NCBI RefSeq assembly: GCF_036321535.1
Contig: NC_087442.1
Coordinates: 14,694,001 to 14,758,000, forward strand
Length of the DNA stretch: 64,000 nt
Reading direction: 5' to 3'
From: Camelus dromedarius
Lineage: Eukaryota
Numbering within the stretch: the first letter of the stretch is position 1; each line of letters starts with the position of its first letter. A program made the position numbers and the translations under genes. This document shows, one piece after another, positions 50,450 to 62,826 of the stretch. The notes beneath the pieces were generated by a model. The model was not told the DNA's origin, did not search any database, and worked only from the letters and a program-made list of their open reading frames with translations.

Positions 50450-51949
50450 GTATGCTCACACATACTCATATAGGTACACAAATAACCTCTCTTTGGACTT
50501 TTGTTGGACTCCTCTCTTTGTAAAACAATCAGGATGACAACTGAACAAAGAGTTTGAAAGAAATATTTTTCTCCCTCCTCTCCTCTCTGGCTGCCTCCCA
50601 ACAAACTAAGCTATGCAGTTCTGGATTCTGTCTGACACATCTTAACGACTGACATTTAGCAGATGCTTCTCCAAGAAATGGGGGAGGGCGAAGGTGAAGC
50701 AGGGGTGTGATAGAAGTAATTAGACTAACGATGTCTCAATTATCAAGATGTTCCTGCAGTGTCCCCTTCTGTTAGCAAATCTGGAACAGGAAGGCTCTCT
50801 TCAGGGAAGGAAAGGTTGAGTAAAAAGATGTATTGATTTGTGTCTACAATAGGATAAAGCAGAAAGTTTAAAGAAGTTGTGAAGTGTATATCCCTTTTTA
50901 AGGATTATCTTTTGCAATCAACGCACCCCCCCATTTTGGCTTATTTTAGATAGTAATTTCTGTTACTTGCACCAGAGAGTTCTACTAGAAAAAAAACTTA
51001 TTTTTTTCCCAATTAGGGCAATCAACTTGTCAAAGCAAACCATAACAAGAAGGTTGTTTTGAGACTTCAAGTTTGGAAAAAATAAAAGTATGTCCATGAA
51101 ATAATAAAATATTCTCTTTGAAAGTACCATAAACCATTAGTGCCTATTGCTAATGAAATGAATTGCATGGTATTGAGAGAATAGTTGTTAAAGCTCTGGT
51201 GATACTCCTTCCTCCTGGGGATGTAAGTACCAAAGGTATTGATGTTTTTAAGGTAATAATTTGGCGCTTCATTATCTTTGGGCAGTACTATAGGCAGAAT
51301 GAAATTTTCTAATTTTCAATGACTTTTTTTTTCAGCATTTTTTTCCCCAGCATTTTTCATCAGTGTCCAAACAGAACTATTGTGATTTCCATGACTGCAG
51401 ATTATTTTATGTTATTCTCATTTGGTGTGTATTTGATTTTTGGTGCCTTAATTTCAGAAGTAAACTCTCTCTTAGAAAACCCACTGCAGGACATGTTACA
51501 GACGCTGCTGTGCCTGGTTGTACAGCGTCGATTTTGTTCGCTTCAGAGCCTGACTTTTCCTGACCTCACCCTGAGATTATGCGCCCGATTCCATTTACAG
51601 TTCCGTAATCGCATAACTACTGACTATAATGAGTATCACTCCAGCAATCTGGTCTGGCAATGCCACAGTGGAAAACATTGAGGAGTCTGGATTTGCTGCA
51701 TGAAGTCATTAGTGACCTCTGTTTTTCTGGCATTTGAAGATCAAAATGCCTCTTGGGACAGATGATTCCTCCTGCTGTGAAACTGAGGGCCCAGGCAGGC
51801 ATGGAATTAGTGTAATTCCACATGAATGGAAACATACATAGTTTAATTAATAATATTTTCAGGTAAACTATTTAAAGACAGTAGTAAGATAAGTTTCTAT
51901 AGCAATATATTTTCTTTGTATGTTTTTTTTTAAATCATGTGTTGACCAT

Positions 51950-52533
51950 AGAGGTTAGCAGAATTCTAAGTTGCCCCCCAAATTTTCACCCCTGGTGTAC
52001 ATGCCCTGTACAAACCTCTCCTCTTTAGTGTGGTTGGGAACAGGGACCATGACAGGATATCAGCCCAGTGATCAGGTCACTAATCAGTTGACTTTGAGTT
52101 AATCAGAAAAGAGTATCCTGGATGGGCCTGACCTGATGAGGTGGCCCCTTTACAAGAGAGTCAGATGCTGAATCCCTCTCTTGCTGGTTTGGAAGAAAGT
52201 AAGCAAGCAAGCTGTGAGCTGCCTGTGGAGGAGGGCCACGTGGCGAAGAGCTGAGAGCAGCCCCCCGACAGCCAGCAAGAAATGGGGCCTTCAGCCCTGC
52301 ACGAAACCGGATTCTGCCAACAAGCTGAATAAGCTTGGAAGAGCACCTCAAACTCTAGATGAGCCTGCAGCCTTGCCAGCACCTTGGTTCAGCCCTGCGA
52401 GACCCTGAGCAGAGAACCCAGTTCTGCCACGCTCAGCCTTCTGACCTTCAGAACGTGTGAGATAATAAATTGGTGTGGTTTTACACCACTAAGTGTGTGG
52501 TAATTTGTTACCCAGCAACAGAAAACAGACACA
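51950..52533 (+). mobile_element. MaLR solo LTR (MLT1E/F-like), full length
   Basis: GCAGAATTCTAAG...CACTAATCAGTTGACTTTGAGTTAATCA...GTGAGATAATAAAT...GGTAATTTGTTAC.CAGCAACAGAAAAC.GACACA; TSD ACCAT/ACCAC. Confidence 0.9.
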
Positions 52534-53204
52534 ACCACTCTTCATAAGTGGGCATTACAGACCCTGAAGGACATGCTTATTGTAAACTCAGATTTCTTTG
52601 GAAAACAATGAGAAACCCATGTTAAGTGGTTTCAGCAGAGTGGAGCGGAGCCTGCCTGGGATCCCTGGTGAGCCTGAACACAGGCGTGCTGCCTGGCAGG
52701 ACCAAGTGAGCCCTCCCGAAACAGAGCTTCTCACACGGCGTTTGAAGAGGGGTCCTTTCCCCCTCGACTCCATTCTGTTGTGGGCTGATCTTTTTGTAAA
52801 ATACAATAAACATAAATGAGTAGTAAATTGGATCTCTTTTGAAAGGACAGACAAAACACAGGCCCCAGTTTTCTATTATTTAACAGACATAAAATTACTC
52901 TGTCAAATTGCCACGAAACGTTCCAACTGCTTTCAATTTTGGTGCCTGTCACATTGCGAACCAGTTACAAACCGCAGACCAGCACCAGGATGGGAACAAT
53001 GTTCTGAGGGGTGCTGCTCTGACAGACCTTGAATGCTCCAAATATCCTCTGCTTCTGTGCCTAGAAGGGACGTCCACAGTTCAGCCCAGATACCTTGCCC
53101 TGTTCAGATAGGGCTGTGCCTGGTAATAGATGGGTATTATCTAGCTAGTTGGTTACTTTTTAGTTTAGTGTAGATAGTCCCCCTGAACTTGTAATAAAAG
53201 AAAT

Positions 53205-53395
53205 ACATATTGTAACTCTAGCTCCACTATTTAAAAGCCATGGATCTTGGCAAGTTACTTATGCTTGAGAGACTTCATTTCTCTTATTTGTAAAAATGGC
53301 GATAGTATTAGTAATCTATCTCATATGGTTGTGAAGATTAATGAGGTAACATGCAAGTATGTGTTTTGTAAGCTGTTAAGAACTCTACATATGAA
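53205..53395 (+). mobile_element. MIR SINE
   Basis: CTTGGCAAGTTACTTA...CTTATTTGTAAAAATGG.GATAGTA...GGTTGTGAAGATTAATGAG. Confidence 0.8.
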
Positions 53396-56300
53396 GGAAT
53401 TAATAGTATTTCCTGTTCATAAATTCTCCCTCCCTAACTCATTCCGGCATGCCTGTACAGAGGAGAGGGAATGAGAAAAATCTGATCATGTGTTCCAAAC
53501 AACTGGATTTTACTGGTACTATCAGTTTCTGGGAATGCCTGGGAACTGATGTGTGTGTAAATTGCAGATACAGAAAGGATCTCTTTGTTACATTCATTAC
53601 AGGCTCCTCTGCACATCTTGTTTATGTGTAGTGTGCTCTTATATAAAAACATAAGCAGCAACAGTGGTCATTGAATTCCGCCCTCTAATCATAGTGTCCA
53701 TTGTGCAGTTTTTCTCAGGGGTATGTGAGGCAGGAGTGATACTATCCCGTCTAGTACCACCTGGGAGCTCTGTGGAATCATAACAGCACAACTTCCAGGC
53801 ATGGAATAGGGGACGGAAGGCAGCAGCCTCAGGCTTTACAACAGGAATCCAGTCCCAAAGCAGAGCATTGCTCACTGAGACAGACGGCTCAAGAATGTGT
53901 TTATTTTAGACATAAGTAGAATAACAATTTTAGATCACTGCAAGGATTTTCCTTTACTCTTAAAAGGTTAAAATATCCCCCTCTGTGTTTCTCTCCTACC
54001 TTCTCCCTTTAAAGAGTTTAAAATAGATTTACTGTATGATAGTCTCATTTCATTTTGGGATTAAAAGGCAGGAGCACTACTGTGGCCTCCAGTTGGTTAT
54101 TTTGCCCCTTGATAGAAAACAAATTATTCCTTTAAATATATTTTCCACTATCCACTACATATGTTTTTCATTTTTATGAGTAAAACCACACACAAAAAAT
54201 TCCCTCAGAGAGGAGGCCGACTCTCTTGTGACTGACACGCTGTAAATCACTTTGTGTATTTATTACATCCTTGTGCCTTCCGTATTACCCAAACACTGTC
54301 TCACAGAATCTTTCTGAAAATGGAGTATGTTTTGGATATGGGGGAGACCAAGAAGTAATATATTTTATCAAATGAGAAAGCACATTCCTTAGATACAGAG
54401 GCTGCAATTTGTGGGTGAGTTCCAGTTCAACAAACAAGCCCAGTAGGCACGTTCCTGAGCAAAGACCAGTGGAACGTTCCCTATTGGTCAGGGGCACTGA
54501 ACTTCAGCTGCTGACAGTGACCTCAATTAAGAACATACCTGTGAGGCATTCCAAGGTGTCTATGCACGATTTGGGGATTGACCTTCCTCTCACATCAGTG
54601 GAGCCTCCACTCCAACGGTTGAGCCCCGTAAATCCATCACCCCTCACATCGTCCTCCTTGGAACAGGGGGCTGTGTCAGGACTTGGGACTCCCTGCTGTG
54701 TGACACAAGGAGATAAGTGACAAGCTTCAAGTCCTCCACTATTCTAGAAAGTGTAGTGGGATTGTGTGCAAAGATTTGAAATTTAAAAGTACCAAGTTCC
54801 TGAAATTCAATAAAATATTTTTTATTAATTTTAATTAAAAAAAAAAAAGAACATACCCGGAGGAACCATCCCTTTAAATTACATTGATAGCCAGTGGAGC
54901 CTGTAATAGGATTAAGTGTGAACAGATTCATAAAAATAACAAAATAGGAAACATATTAATGATAAGAACAATGGATGATGGCATTTTAAGGTAGGTTTTG
55001 GTTACATCATAGAGTGAGGGGGGAGAAAAAAGAACTCAGCGATTCTCTGAGTTTTCAAAGCTTTTCTGAACTTTATACAATTCCTCAAATCAGAACCTCT
55101 CTTCCTGTCCTAATTCATATTCTGTTTTATTCAGAGTTTCATCTTACTCAGGTGCATTATGGGACAACCATAATTAGAGGTATAATTTAACTCTTCTACA
55201 CCCAGTTTGATAAGGGCTCTTAGCCCTGTTGCCTAAAATGTGTTCATTTGGATTCTGGTACAGTATTAATTCCTATATTTATAGTAATATTAACAACCAG
55301 GACATACCTTCACCAAGCACTCTCTGCAGGTTTTAGAAAGGTCTTCCAAACAATCCATCTTGTCAGTGTATGATGTCTGCCACCACTATGAGGTCGGGAC
55401 TAGGCTGATTAAGAAGCCAAGGACATGCAAGATTCTAGCCACATCCTTAAATCAGCTGCAACTGTCTTCTGCCATCCATGGAACTGAATCAGGGGATAAG
55501 CAGATGAGAACATATAACAGGGTTTTACAAAGTGGCACCAAGAAAGGTTACAACATAGGGTAGAGGCAAAAATTGGAAGTAAGAAAGATACCTGGTTTGG
55601 ACATGGGTGGCTTGAGAATTCAGCTGAAGGATTATTTTAATTGCACTGTTTGTCCTGGCTCTCCTCCCCTCATTCTATAAACCTATCACCTGTTTTCTGG
55701 AACGAAGACTTCCTGGGCCAGCAGGACCTATGTGAGTTCAGGGATGGTGGGACATGTGATCAAAGTTAGAGACTGTGGGCAGAAACTTGGAAGGAATTAT
55801 CTGCAAATACTGTGTCTATCCAAGCGCACTTTCTCAGGGTTAATCCCTGTAAAAGCATCCTCTCTATTTTTGTCTGATTCTGAAGATTCCAGTAATTCAT
55901 TGATTTCTTAGTCCCCCATTCCTCTATTTTTGTAGACATCACTTTCTGATTTTTGGTTTGGTCTTATTTGCTTTCCTCCATTCTCAGGTTAGTTTTCTCC
56001 CTGGCTCTTATATCATTTGCTCTGATTTCCTTGTTTTTATTTTTTATTTTTGTGCCCTGTAACTACTCTTGACTCTCCTCATCTGTGTGGCATTAATGAG
56101 ACCAGCTGGTCCTTCTGGTAGCGCCTCACGCTGACACCTCTTTGTGGTCTCACCTACAACTGGGTAAAAATAGCCACAGCTTCTGCCACCTTTAGTTCCA
56201 ACAAGACTTCAGATTCTGCCTGAGGACACTATCACGTAATAGTGATAAGACATTCTTGCTAATCATTTTGTTGAGGCAGTGTAAATAAAGGGTATCCAAC

Positions 56301-57243
56301 TCCCCAGGACAAAGGCAGTTTGAAGTAACCAGGGGCATTTGTTCATGGAGTGGAAGAAATAAAATAATTAGGAGGAAAGTTTTGGAGTATGTATAGAAAT
56401 GGGTTATTATGATACTGTTGGTGCACACAAATTTAAAACATTGTGAAAGGTCTTAAAACAACAAAATATGATGAATCGTTGACAGAACAATGCCACTGAA
56501 GAAAATAGGATGAAAATTATTAGGAAGAAGCTGACAGGACACCTATTTGTCTTGATGAAAGGAATAGCATGATTTGTGTTGTTTTTAAACGGAATCGTTT
56601 TTTTTTTTTTCGCATGTGGTTGTGAAGTCTCTTACAATAGAAATATATAGGAGTTGACCAGATAATAATTAGAAGCAGTGTAAAAGAACATTCTGCATGA
56701 GGTATTTTATTACATGACTTCTCCCCAGCTTCGTCGACACATCATTAATATAAGATAAAGTTCATCCATTTTAAGTGAACAGTTGGATGAATTTTGGTAA
56801 TGGAATACTGCCCTACAGTAAGAACCAAAATCATAATAACATAATAACTTTCATAGGTTTTTCATAGATGCTCTTTATCAGGTTGCAGAAATTTCCTTCT
56901 AATCCTGATTTGCTAAGATTTTTTTAAAAAAAGAAATGGAAGTTGAATTTGGTCAAATCCATTTCTGCATTGGATTGAGATTATCAGATATTTTCTTCTT
57001 TTTTTGTTTATTAGTATGGTGTGTTGCATTGATGGATCCTTTGAATGATAAGCCATTCTTGCATTCCCAGGATAAGTTTCATTTGCTCGTGAGGTATTAT
57101 CTTTTTTGTACATGGCTAGATTGAATTTACTAAAATTTTGTTTGCATTTATGCTCATAAGGGATATTTATCTGTACTTTTAAAAATATCTTTGTCTGGCT
57201 TTGGTATCAAAGTAATATTGGTTTTGTAGAATGAGTTGGGAGA

Positions 57244-57676
57244 TAGTAAAGACTGAATGTTTGTGTCCCCTCTGCAAATTTGTATGTTGAAGCCCTAACA
57301 CCCAGTGTGATAGTATTTGAAGACGGGGCTTTTAGGAGGTAATTAAGGCTAGATGAGGTCATGAGAGTGGGGCCCCCATGATGAGATAAGTGCACTTATA
57401 AGAAGAGACACCAGAGATCTCGCTGAAGTCTCTCTATTTCTCTCTCTCTCTCTTCCTTCTGCCACCCCCATGCTTGCACAAAGAAGAGGTTATGTGAGCA
57501 CACTGTGAGATTGTGGCCACCTACAAGTCAAGAGAAGAAGCCTCAGAATGAAATCTACCCTGCTGGAACCTTGATCTTGGATTTCCCAGGCTCCAGAACT
57601 GCAAGAAACAAATTTCTTCTGTTTAAGCCAGTTAGCTTGTGGTATTTTGTTATGGAAGCCAGAGCAGTCTAAGACA
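57244..57676 (+). mobile_element. MaLR solo LTR (MLT1A-like) inserted in L1
   Basis: GACTGAATGTTTGTGTCCCC...GGAACCTTGATCTTGGATTTCCCAG..TCCAGAACTG...GTGGTATTTTGTTATGG...CTAAGACA; TSD GGAGA/GGGGA. Confidence 0.9.
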
Positions 57677-58011
57677 GGGGACATTTTGTCCACTTCAGTT
57701 TTCTAGAAGAGTTTGTACAGTATGAGCATTATTTACTCTTGAAATGATTGGTTGACTTCTCCAGTAAGGCTACCTAGGACTGGCGTTTCCTTGTAAGGAA
57801 GTTTTTAACTACAAATTTAACTTGTTTATGAGATATCAGATATTCATATTGTTTATTTATGAGTGAGCACTGATATACTGTGTCTTTCAAAGAGTTTGCC
57901 CATTCACCTAAGTGGTTGAATTTACTGTCTTTAAGTTTTAAAGAGATAGTACTTCACTATCATTCTTATAATGCCTGTAGAATCTTCAGTGATGTCACCT
58001 CTCATTTATTA

Positions 58012-58165
58012 CATATTTTTAAAATTGAGATATAATTGACATATAACACTTTATTAGTTACAAATGTATAACATAATAAGTTGATATTTGTGTGCTTTGA
58101 GAAATGATCACCACAATAAGTCTAGTTAACATCTGTCACCTTACGTAGTTACAAAATTTTCTTTT
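58012..58165 (-). mobile_element. Short L1 3' end nested in the older L1
   Basis: TTGAGATATAATTGACATATAACA...AAATGATCACCACAATAAGTCTAGTTAACATCTGTCACC. Confidence 0.75.
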
Positions 58166-59912
58166 TTATTTATTATGCTTATAACTTATGTTTTCTCATG
58201 GTTAGTGGTTTATCAGATTTATTACTCTCTCTAAGAAGTAGCTTTGGCTTCACTGACTTTCTTGTTTTTCTGCTTTCTATTTTGTTACTTGTCACTCTGG
58301 CCTTTATTATTTCTTTTCTACTACTCATTTGGGTTTAGTTTGCTCTCCCCTTTCCAGTTTCTTAAAAGGATGTTGAGACAATTGATTTAATAGCTTTTTG
58401 TCCTGATGGAATACATGTTTTAGTGCCACAAATCCTCTCCCTACCAGAACTGCTTTAGCAACATCCCAGAAATTTTGGTATGTTGTGTTTTACTTTTCAT
58501 TAAAAATATTTTCCAAATCTTCTTTTGATTTCTTGTTTTATCCATGACTTATTTAGGTTCCAAAATCTGGGTATTTTAAGGTATCTTTCTGTAAGTGATT
58601 TCTAATTTAATTTCCTTGTTATCAGAGAACATACATTGTATGAATTGAATATTTAAAAATTTATTCTGATTTGTTTTATCTTTGTTCCTCTGAATGTAGG
58701 TGTATCTTCTCTGGCTGCTTTGTAGAATTTTATTTATCACCAGTTTTGAGTAGTTTTTGTATATGTCTTCTTAAATTTCTTGTTTGTTGAGTTTCTTGGA
58801 TCTGTGAGTTTATAGCTTTCATTAAATTTTGGAAAATTTCAGCTATTATTCCCTTCAATAGTTTGTTCTGTCCCTTTCTCCCTCTCTGCTCTTTTATGGG
58901 CATTATTTACAGGTGTATTAGGTTTCTTAAAGTTGTCCCATAGCACAGCTCATTGAGACGCTGCTCATTTTCCCTGGTTCTCTTTTATGTCTTTGTTTTA
59001 TTTGAAGAGCTTCTATTGCTATGCCTCCAAATTCATTAATATTTCGTTTGGCAAGATCCAATCTTCTTTTAATTTTATCTAGTGCATTTTCACCTCGTAC
59101 AGTGTAGTTTTCATTCCCAGCGATCTGATTTGGGTCTTGTGGCGTCTTCCATTCCACTACTTAGCTTTGAACACGTTGTTTTCATCTCGAGTTGTAGTGG
59201 TAATAATTGGTATAATATATCCTTGTCTGCTAATTCTAACATCTGTCTCAATTCTAGGTAGGTTTCAATTAACTGATTTATATCCTTGCTATGGGTCTTA
59301 TTTCCTTGTTTCTTTTCATGCCTGGTGATTTTTGATTGGATGAAACACATGATGAATTTTACCTCATTGGGTGCTAGTTAGTTTTGTGTTTCTGTAAAGA
59401 GCATTTAGTTTGGCTCTGGAATGCAGTTACTTGGAGATAGTTTGATCCTACTGATTGCAGCTTTTAAGATTTGTTAGGTGAGACCAGAGCAGTGCTCAGG
59501 CTAATTAAATCCTCATTAGTGAGAAAAGAGCTTCTGTGTATTCTGTACAATGGCTCATAAATCATCAGAATCTCCAGGGGGAACTAAGCATGGTTCCCTG
59601 CCCTGTGTGAGCACTGAATACTCTTACCTCTTATCCTTTACGTGGTTTTAAGTGATTTTTTCTTTGGCCTCAGTTAGTCCCCTCACGTGCATGAGCCAAT
59701 CAGTATTCAGTCGAATAATCAAGGGAGGCCCTTGGTAAATCTGCAGTGTTCCCTCTGTGTCCTTCTCTGTTCTCTGCTACTCTGTCCTGCAAATTCTCTT
59801 GGACTCTGAGTTCTGTCTGCTCAACACAAGGAAAAAAGATGTAGAGAGAAATGGTATGAGGTCACAAATAAACAGAGCTTCAGAGGTATTATTCTAATGT
59901 GTAAATATTTTA

Positions 59913-61173
59913 TTTATTTATTTAAAACTTTTTTTATTGAGTTATAGTCATTTTACAATGTTGTGTCAAATTCCGCTGTAGAGCACAATTTTTCAGTTAT
60001 ACATGAACATACATATATTCGTTGTCACATTTTTTTTTTGCTGTGAGCTACCACAAGATCTTGTATATATTTCCCTGTGCTATACAGTATAATCTTGTTT
60101 ATCTATTCTACAATTTTGAAATCCCAGTCTCTCTATTCCCACCCCCCCACCCCCTTGGCAACCACAAGTTTGTATTCTATGTCTGTGAGTCTATTTGTTT
60201 TGTATTTATGCTTTTGTATGTATTTGTTTGTTTGTTTTTCAGATTCCACATATGAGCGATCTCATATGGTATTTTTCTTTCTCTTTCTGGCTTACTTCAC
60301 TTAGAATGNNNNNNNNNNNNNNNNNNNNNNNNNNNNNNNNNNNNNNNNNNNNNNNNNNNNNNNNNNNNNNNNNNNNNNNNNNNNNNNNNNNNNNNNNNNN
60401 NNNNNNNNNNNNNNNNNNNNNNNNNNNNNNNNNNNNNNNNNNNNNNNNNNNNNNNNNNNNNNNNNNNNNNNNNNNNNNNNNNNNNNNNNNNNNNNCATTT
60501 TGAAGTAGGGTTCCTTCTGGATATATGCCCAGGAGTAGGATTCCTGGGTCATATGGTANNNNNNNNNNNNNNNNNNNNNNNNNNNNNNNNNNNNNNNNNN
60601 NNNNNNNNNNNNNNNNNNNNNNNNNNNNNNNNNNNNNNNNNNNNNNNNNNNNNNNNNNNNNNNNNNNNNNNNNNNNNNNNNNNNNNNNNNNNNNNATGAT
60701 GGCCATCCTGACTGGTGTGAGGTGATACCTTATTGTAGTTTTGATTTTCATTTCTCTGATAATTAGTGATGTTGAGCATTTTTTCATGTGCCTATTGATC
60801 ATTTGTATTTCTTCCTTGGAGAATTCCTTTTTTAGGTCTTCTGCCCATTTTTGGATTGGGTTGTTTGTTTGGTGAGAGTTTTTATCATAAATGGGTGTTG
60901 AATTTTACAAAATGCATTTTCTGCATCTTTTGAGATGATATGGTTNNNNNNNNNNNNNNNNNNNNNNNNNNNNNNNNNNNNNNNNNNNNNNNNNNNNNNN
61001 NNNNNNNNNNNNNNNNNNNNNNNNNNNNNNNNNNNNNNNNNNNNNNNNNNNNNNNNNNNNNNNNNNNNNNNNNNNNNNNNNNNNNNNNNNNNNNNNNNNN
61101 NNNNATCTGTGTTGATCACTGATATTAGTCTGTAATTCTCTTTTTTGGTAGTGACTTTGCCTGGTGTTGGTAT
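59913..61173 (-). mobile_element. Lineage-specific L1, 5'-truncated, internally deleted, TSD-bounded
   Basis: ORF2 C-terminal translation (60239-60802) and RT fragment ([20 protein letters not shown]); 18-bp TSD TAATGTGTAAATATTTTA at 59895-59912 and 61174-61191. Confidence 0.9.
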
Positions 61174-62029
61174 TAATGTGTAAATATTTTAATTAAGCAT
61201 TTGTTGGCATTATTTTCCACACAGAAGGAATCAAAAACATGACTTGTAATTTGAATATGAAAGAAAGTTTCTTATCTTGGTGAAAAAAGGTACCAGGATA
61301 TTTACAATGTAGTAATAGCACAGAATAAAGAAGCATTATACTTGATTTCTAATGTGTTCATCTTTTGAGAATCCCTTTCTTTGGGAGGGGGTGGAGCTTA
61401 GTTTCCTCAGTTCTAAATTTGGGGTGAGATGAATAGAAGGGATCAACCTGATGGTTTATTATAGTAGCCTAAAAAATCCCTGTTTGCTATAATTCTTAGA
61501 TAATATAAATTGCATTGCAATATATTGATAATCATTTTTATTTCTCCTAATGATGCCAATTGACAGTGTACAAGATTTAAAAATATTTGGTACAAACAAG
61601 GGAACCTGCATTGTTTGATTATGAGATGCAATGGCTCAAGCAGCTTAAACTAAGCCATAATGATACCTCATCAGCAGAGCTGGAGGTAAACCACTGGTGA
61701 GACTGTGTAGGCAGTGTGATAGACCTTCTTCTCTTCGTGTTTAAGTTCTGAGTCAACATAAATATGAGGAAGAAGAGCCAAAAGTGGAAAATACTCCTGA
61801 TTATAGGGGCACCTTGATATTATAGCAATAGGCTCCTGTGGTGCTTTCCCAGGTCCAAATTAATCATGCCCCTTCTATTTTCAATTAAAATTCATTGTTA
61901 ACTTAGCTCTAAAGATCCTGGATATAAAGTGACAGGAAAAACAATAAGCCCAACTTAAATGTTTGTGAAACAAACACTTGTATTTAAATGTTCAGTCAAA
62001 ACATGATTTATTTCTAAACAGTTTTTTTG

Positions 62030-62826
62030 GCAAGTGGTGTTGGGAAGGTTGGACAGCCGCATGTAAATTAGTGAAGTTAAAACACTCCCTCACACTGTAC
62101 ACAAAATAAACTCAAAATAGCTTAAAGACTTAAACGTAAGACAGGACACCATAAATCTCCTAGAAGAGAAGACAGGCAAAGCATTCTCTGACGTAAATCT
62201 CAGCAATGCTTTCCTAGGGCAGTCTACCCAGGCAATAGAAGTAAAAGCAAAAATAAACAAATGGACCTAATTAAACTGATAAACTTTTGCACAGCAAAAG
62301 AAACCATAAATAAAATGAAAAGACAACCCACAGACTGGGAGAAAATATTTGCAAACAATGTGACTGACAAGGGCTTAATTTCCAGAACATACAAACAGCT
62401 CATACAACTCAACAACAACAACAAAAAACCCAATCAAAAAATGGGCAGAATATCTAAACAGACATTTCTTCAATAGAGACATTCAGATGGCCATAAGGTA
62501 TAGGAAAACATGATCAATATTGCTAATTATTAGAGAAATGCAAATCAAAACTACAATAAGGTGTCACCTGACACTAGTCAGAATGGCCATCCTTAATGAG
62601 TCCACAGACAATAAATGCTGGAGAGGGTGTGGAGAAAAGGGAATCCTCCTACACTGTTGGTAGGAGTTTAGTGTGGTGTGGCCAATATGAAAAACAGTAT
62701 GGAGATTTCTTAAAATACTACATATAGACTTATCATATGATCCAGCAACCCCACTCCTGAGTATATATCCAGAGAAAACTACAATTCAAAGAATCCATAC
62801 ACTCCAGTGTTCATAGCAGCACAATT
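62030..62826 (+). mobile_element. L1 ORF2 C-terminal fragment lacking 3'UTR and polyA
   Basis: Track [35 protein letters not shown]...; stops at TTCATAGCAGCACAATT (FIAA motif). Confidence 0.9.

Larger units (their letters stand above)
56860..59830 (-). mobile_element. Older L1 (ORF2 RT region to ORF1/5' region), antisense, with nested elements
   Basis: Antisense RT-region text (TGCATTCCCAGGATAAG...GTCTGGCTTTGGTATCA...TAGAATGAGTTGGG); ORF1-like coiled-coil translation in the track at 58927-59350. Confidence 0.75.
4754..61104. other. Seven N-runs (4754-4896, 4934-5062, 27758-27955, 44250-44386, 60309-60495, 60559-60695, 60946-61104), all inside repeats
   Basis: Run 60559-60695 preserves the 141-nt spacing between MAI and PYDP of L1 ORF2 also seen in the unmasked copy at 62592-62732, which indicates masking rather than gaps. 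Confidence 0.85.

Noticed and set aside
51319-51681. 120-aa ORF overlapping the CpG hairpins
   Set aside because: Low-complexity Phe/Ser-rich start and no recognisable homology; length consistent with chance.
54471-54480. Palindrome GGAACGTTCC as a heat-shock element
   Set aside because: Only two nGAAn units; HSF trimers need three.
60239-60802. 187-aa ORF, plus related ORFs at 43978, 60832 and 62261
   Set aside because: L1 ORF2 fragments; length partly inflated by N-masked codons; not host genes.
4754-61104. N-runs as assembly gaps or hidden novel sequence
   Set aside because: All lie inside MLT1 or L1 copies, and the flanks keep consensus spacing (141-nt MAI-to-PYDP check), so they are masked repeat sequence.
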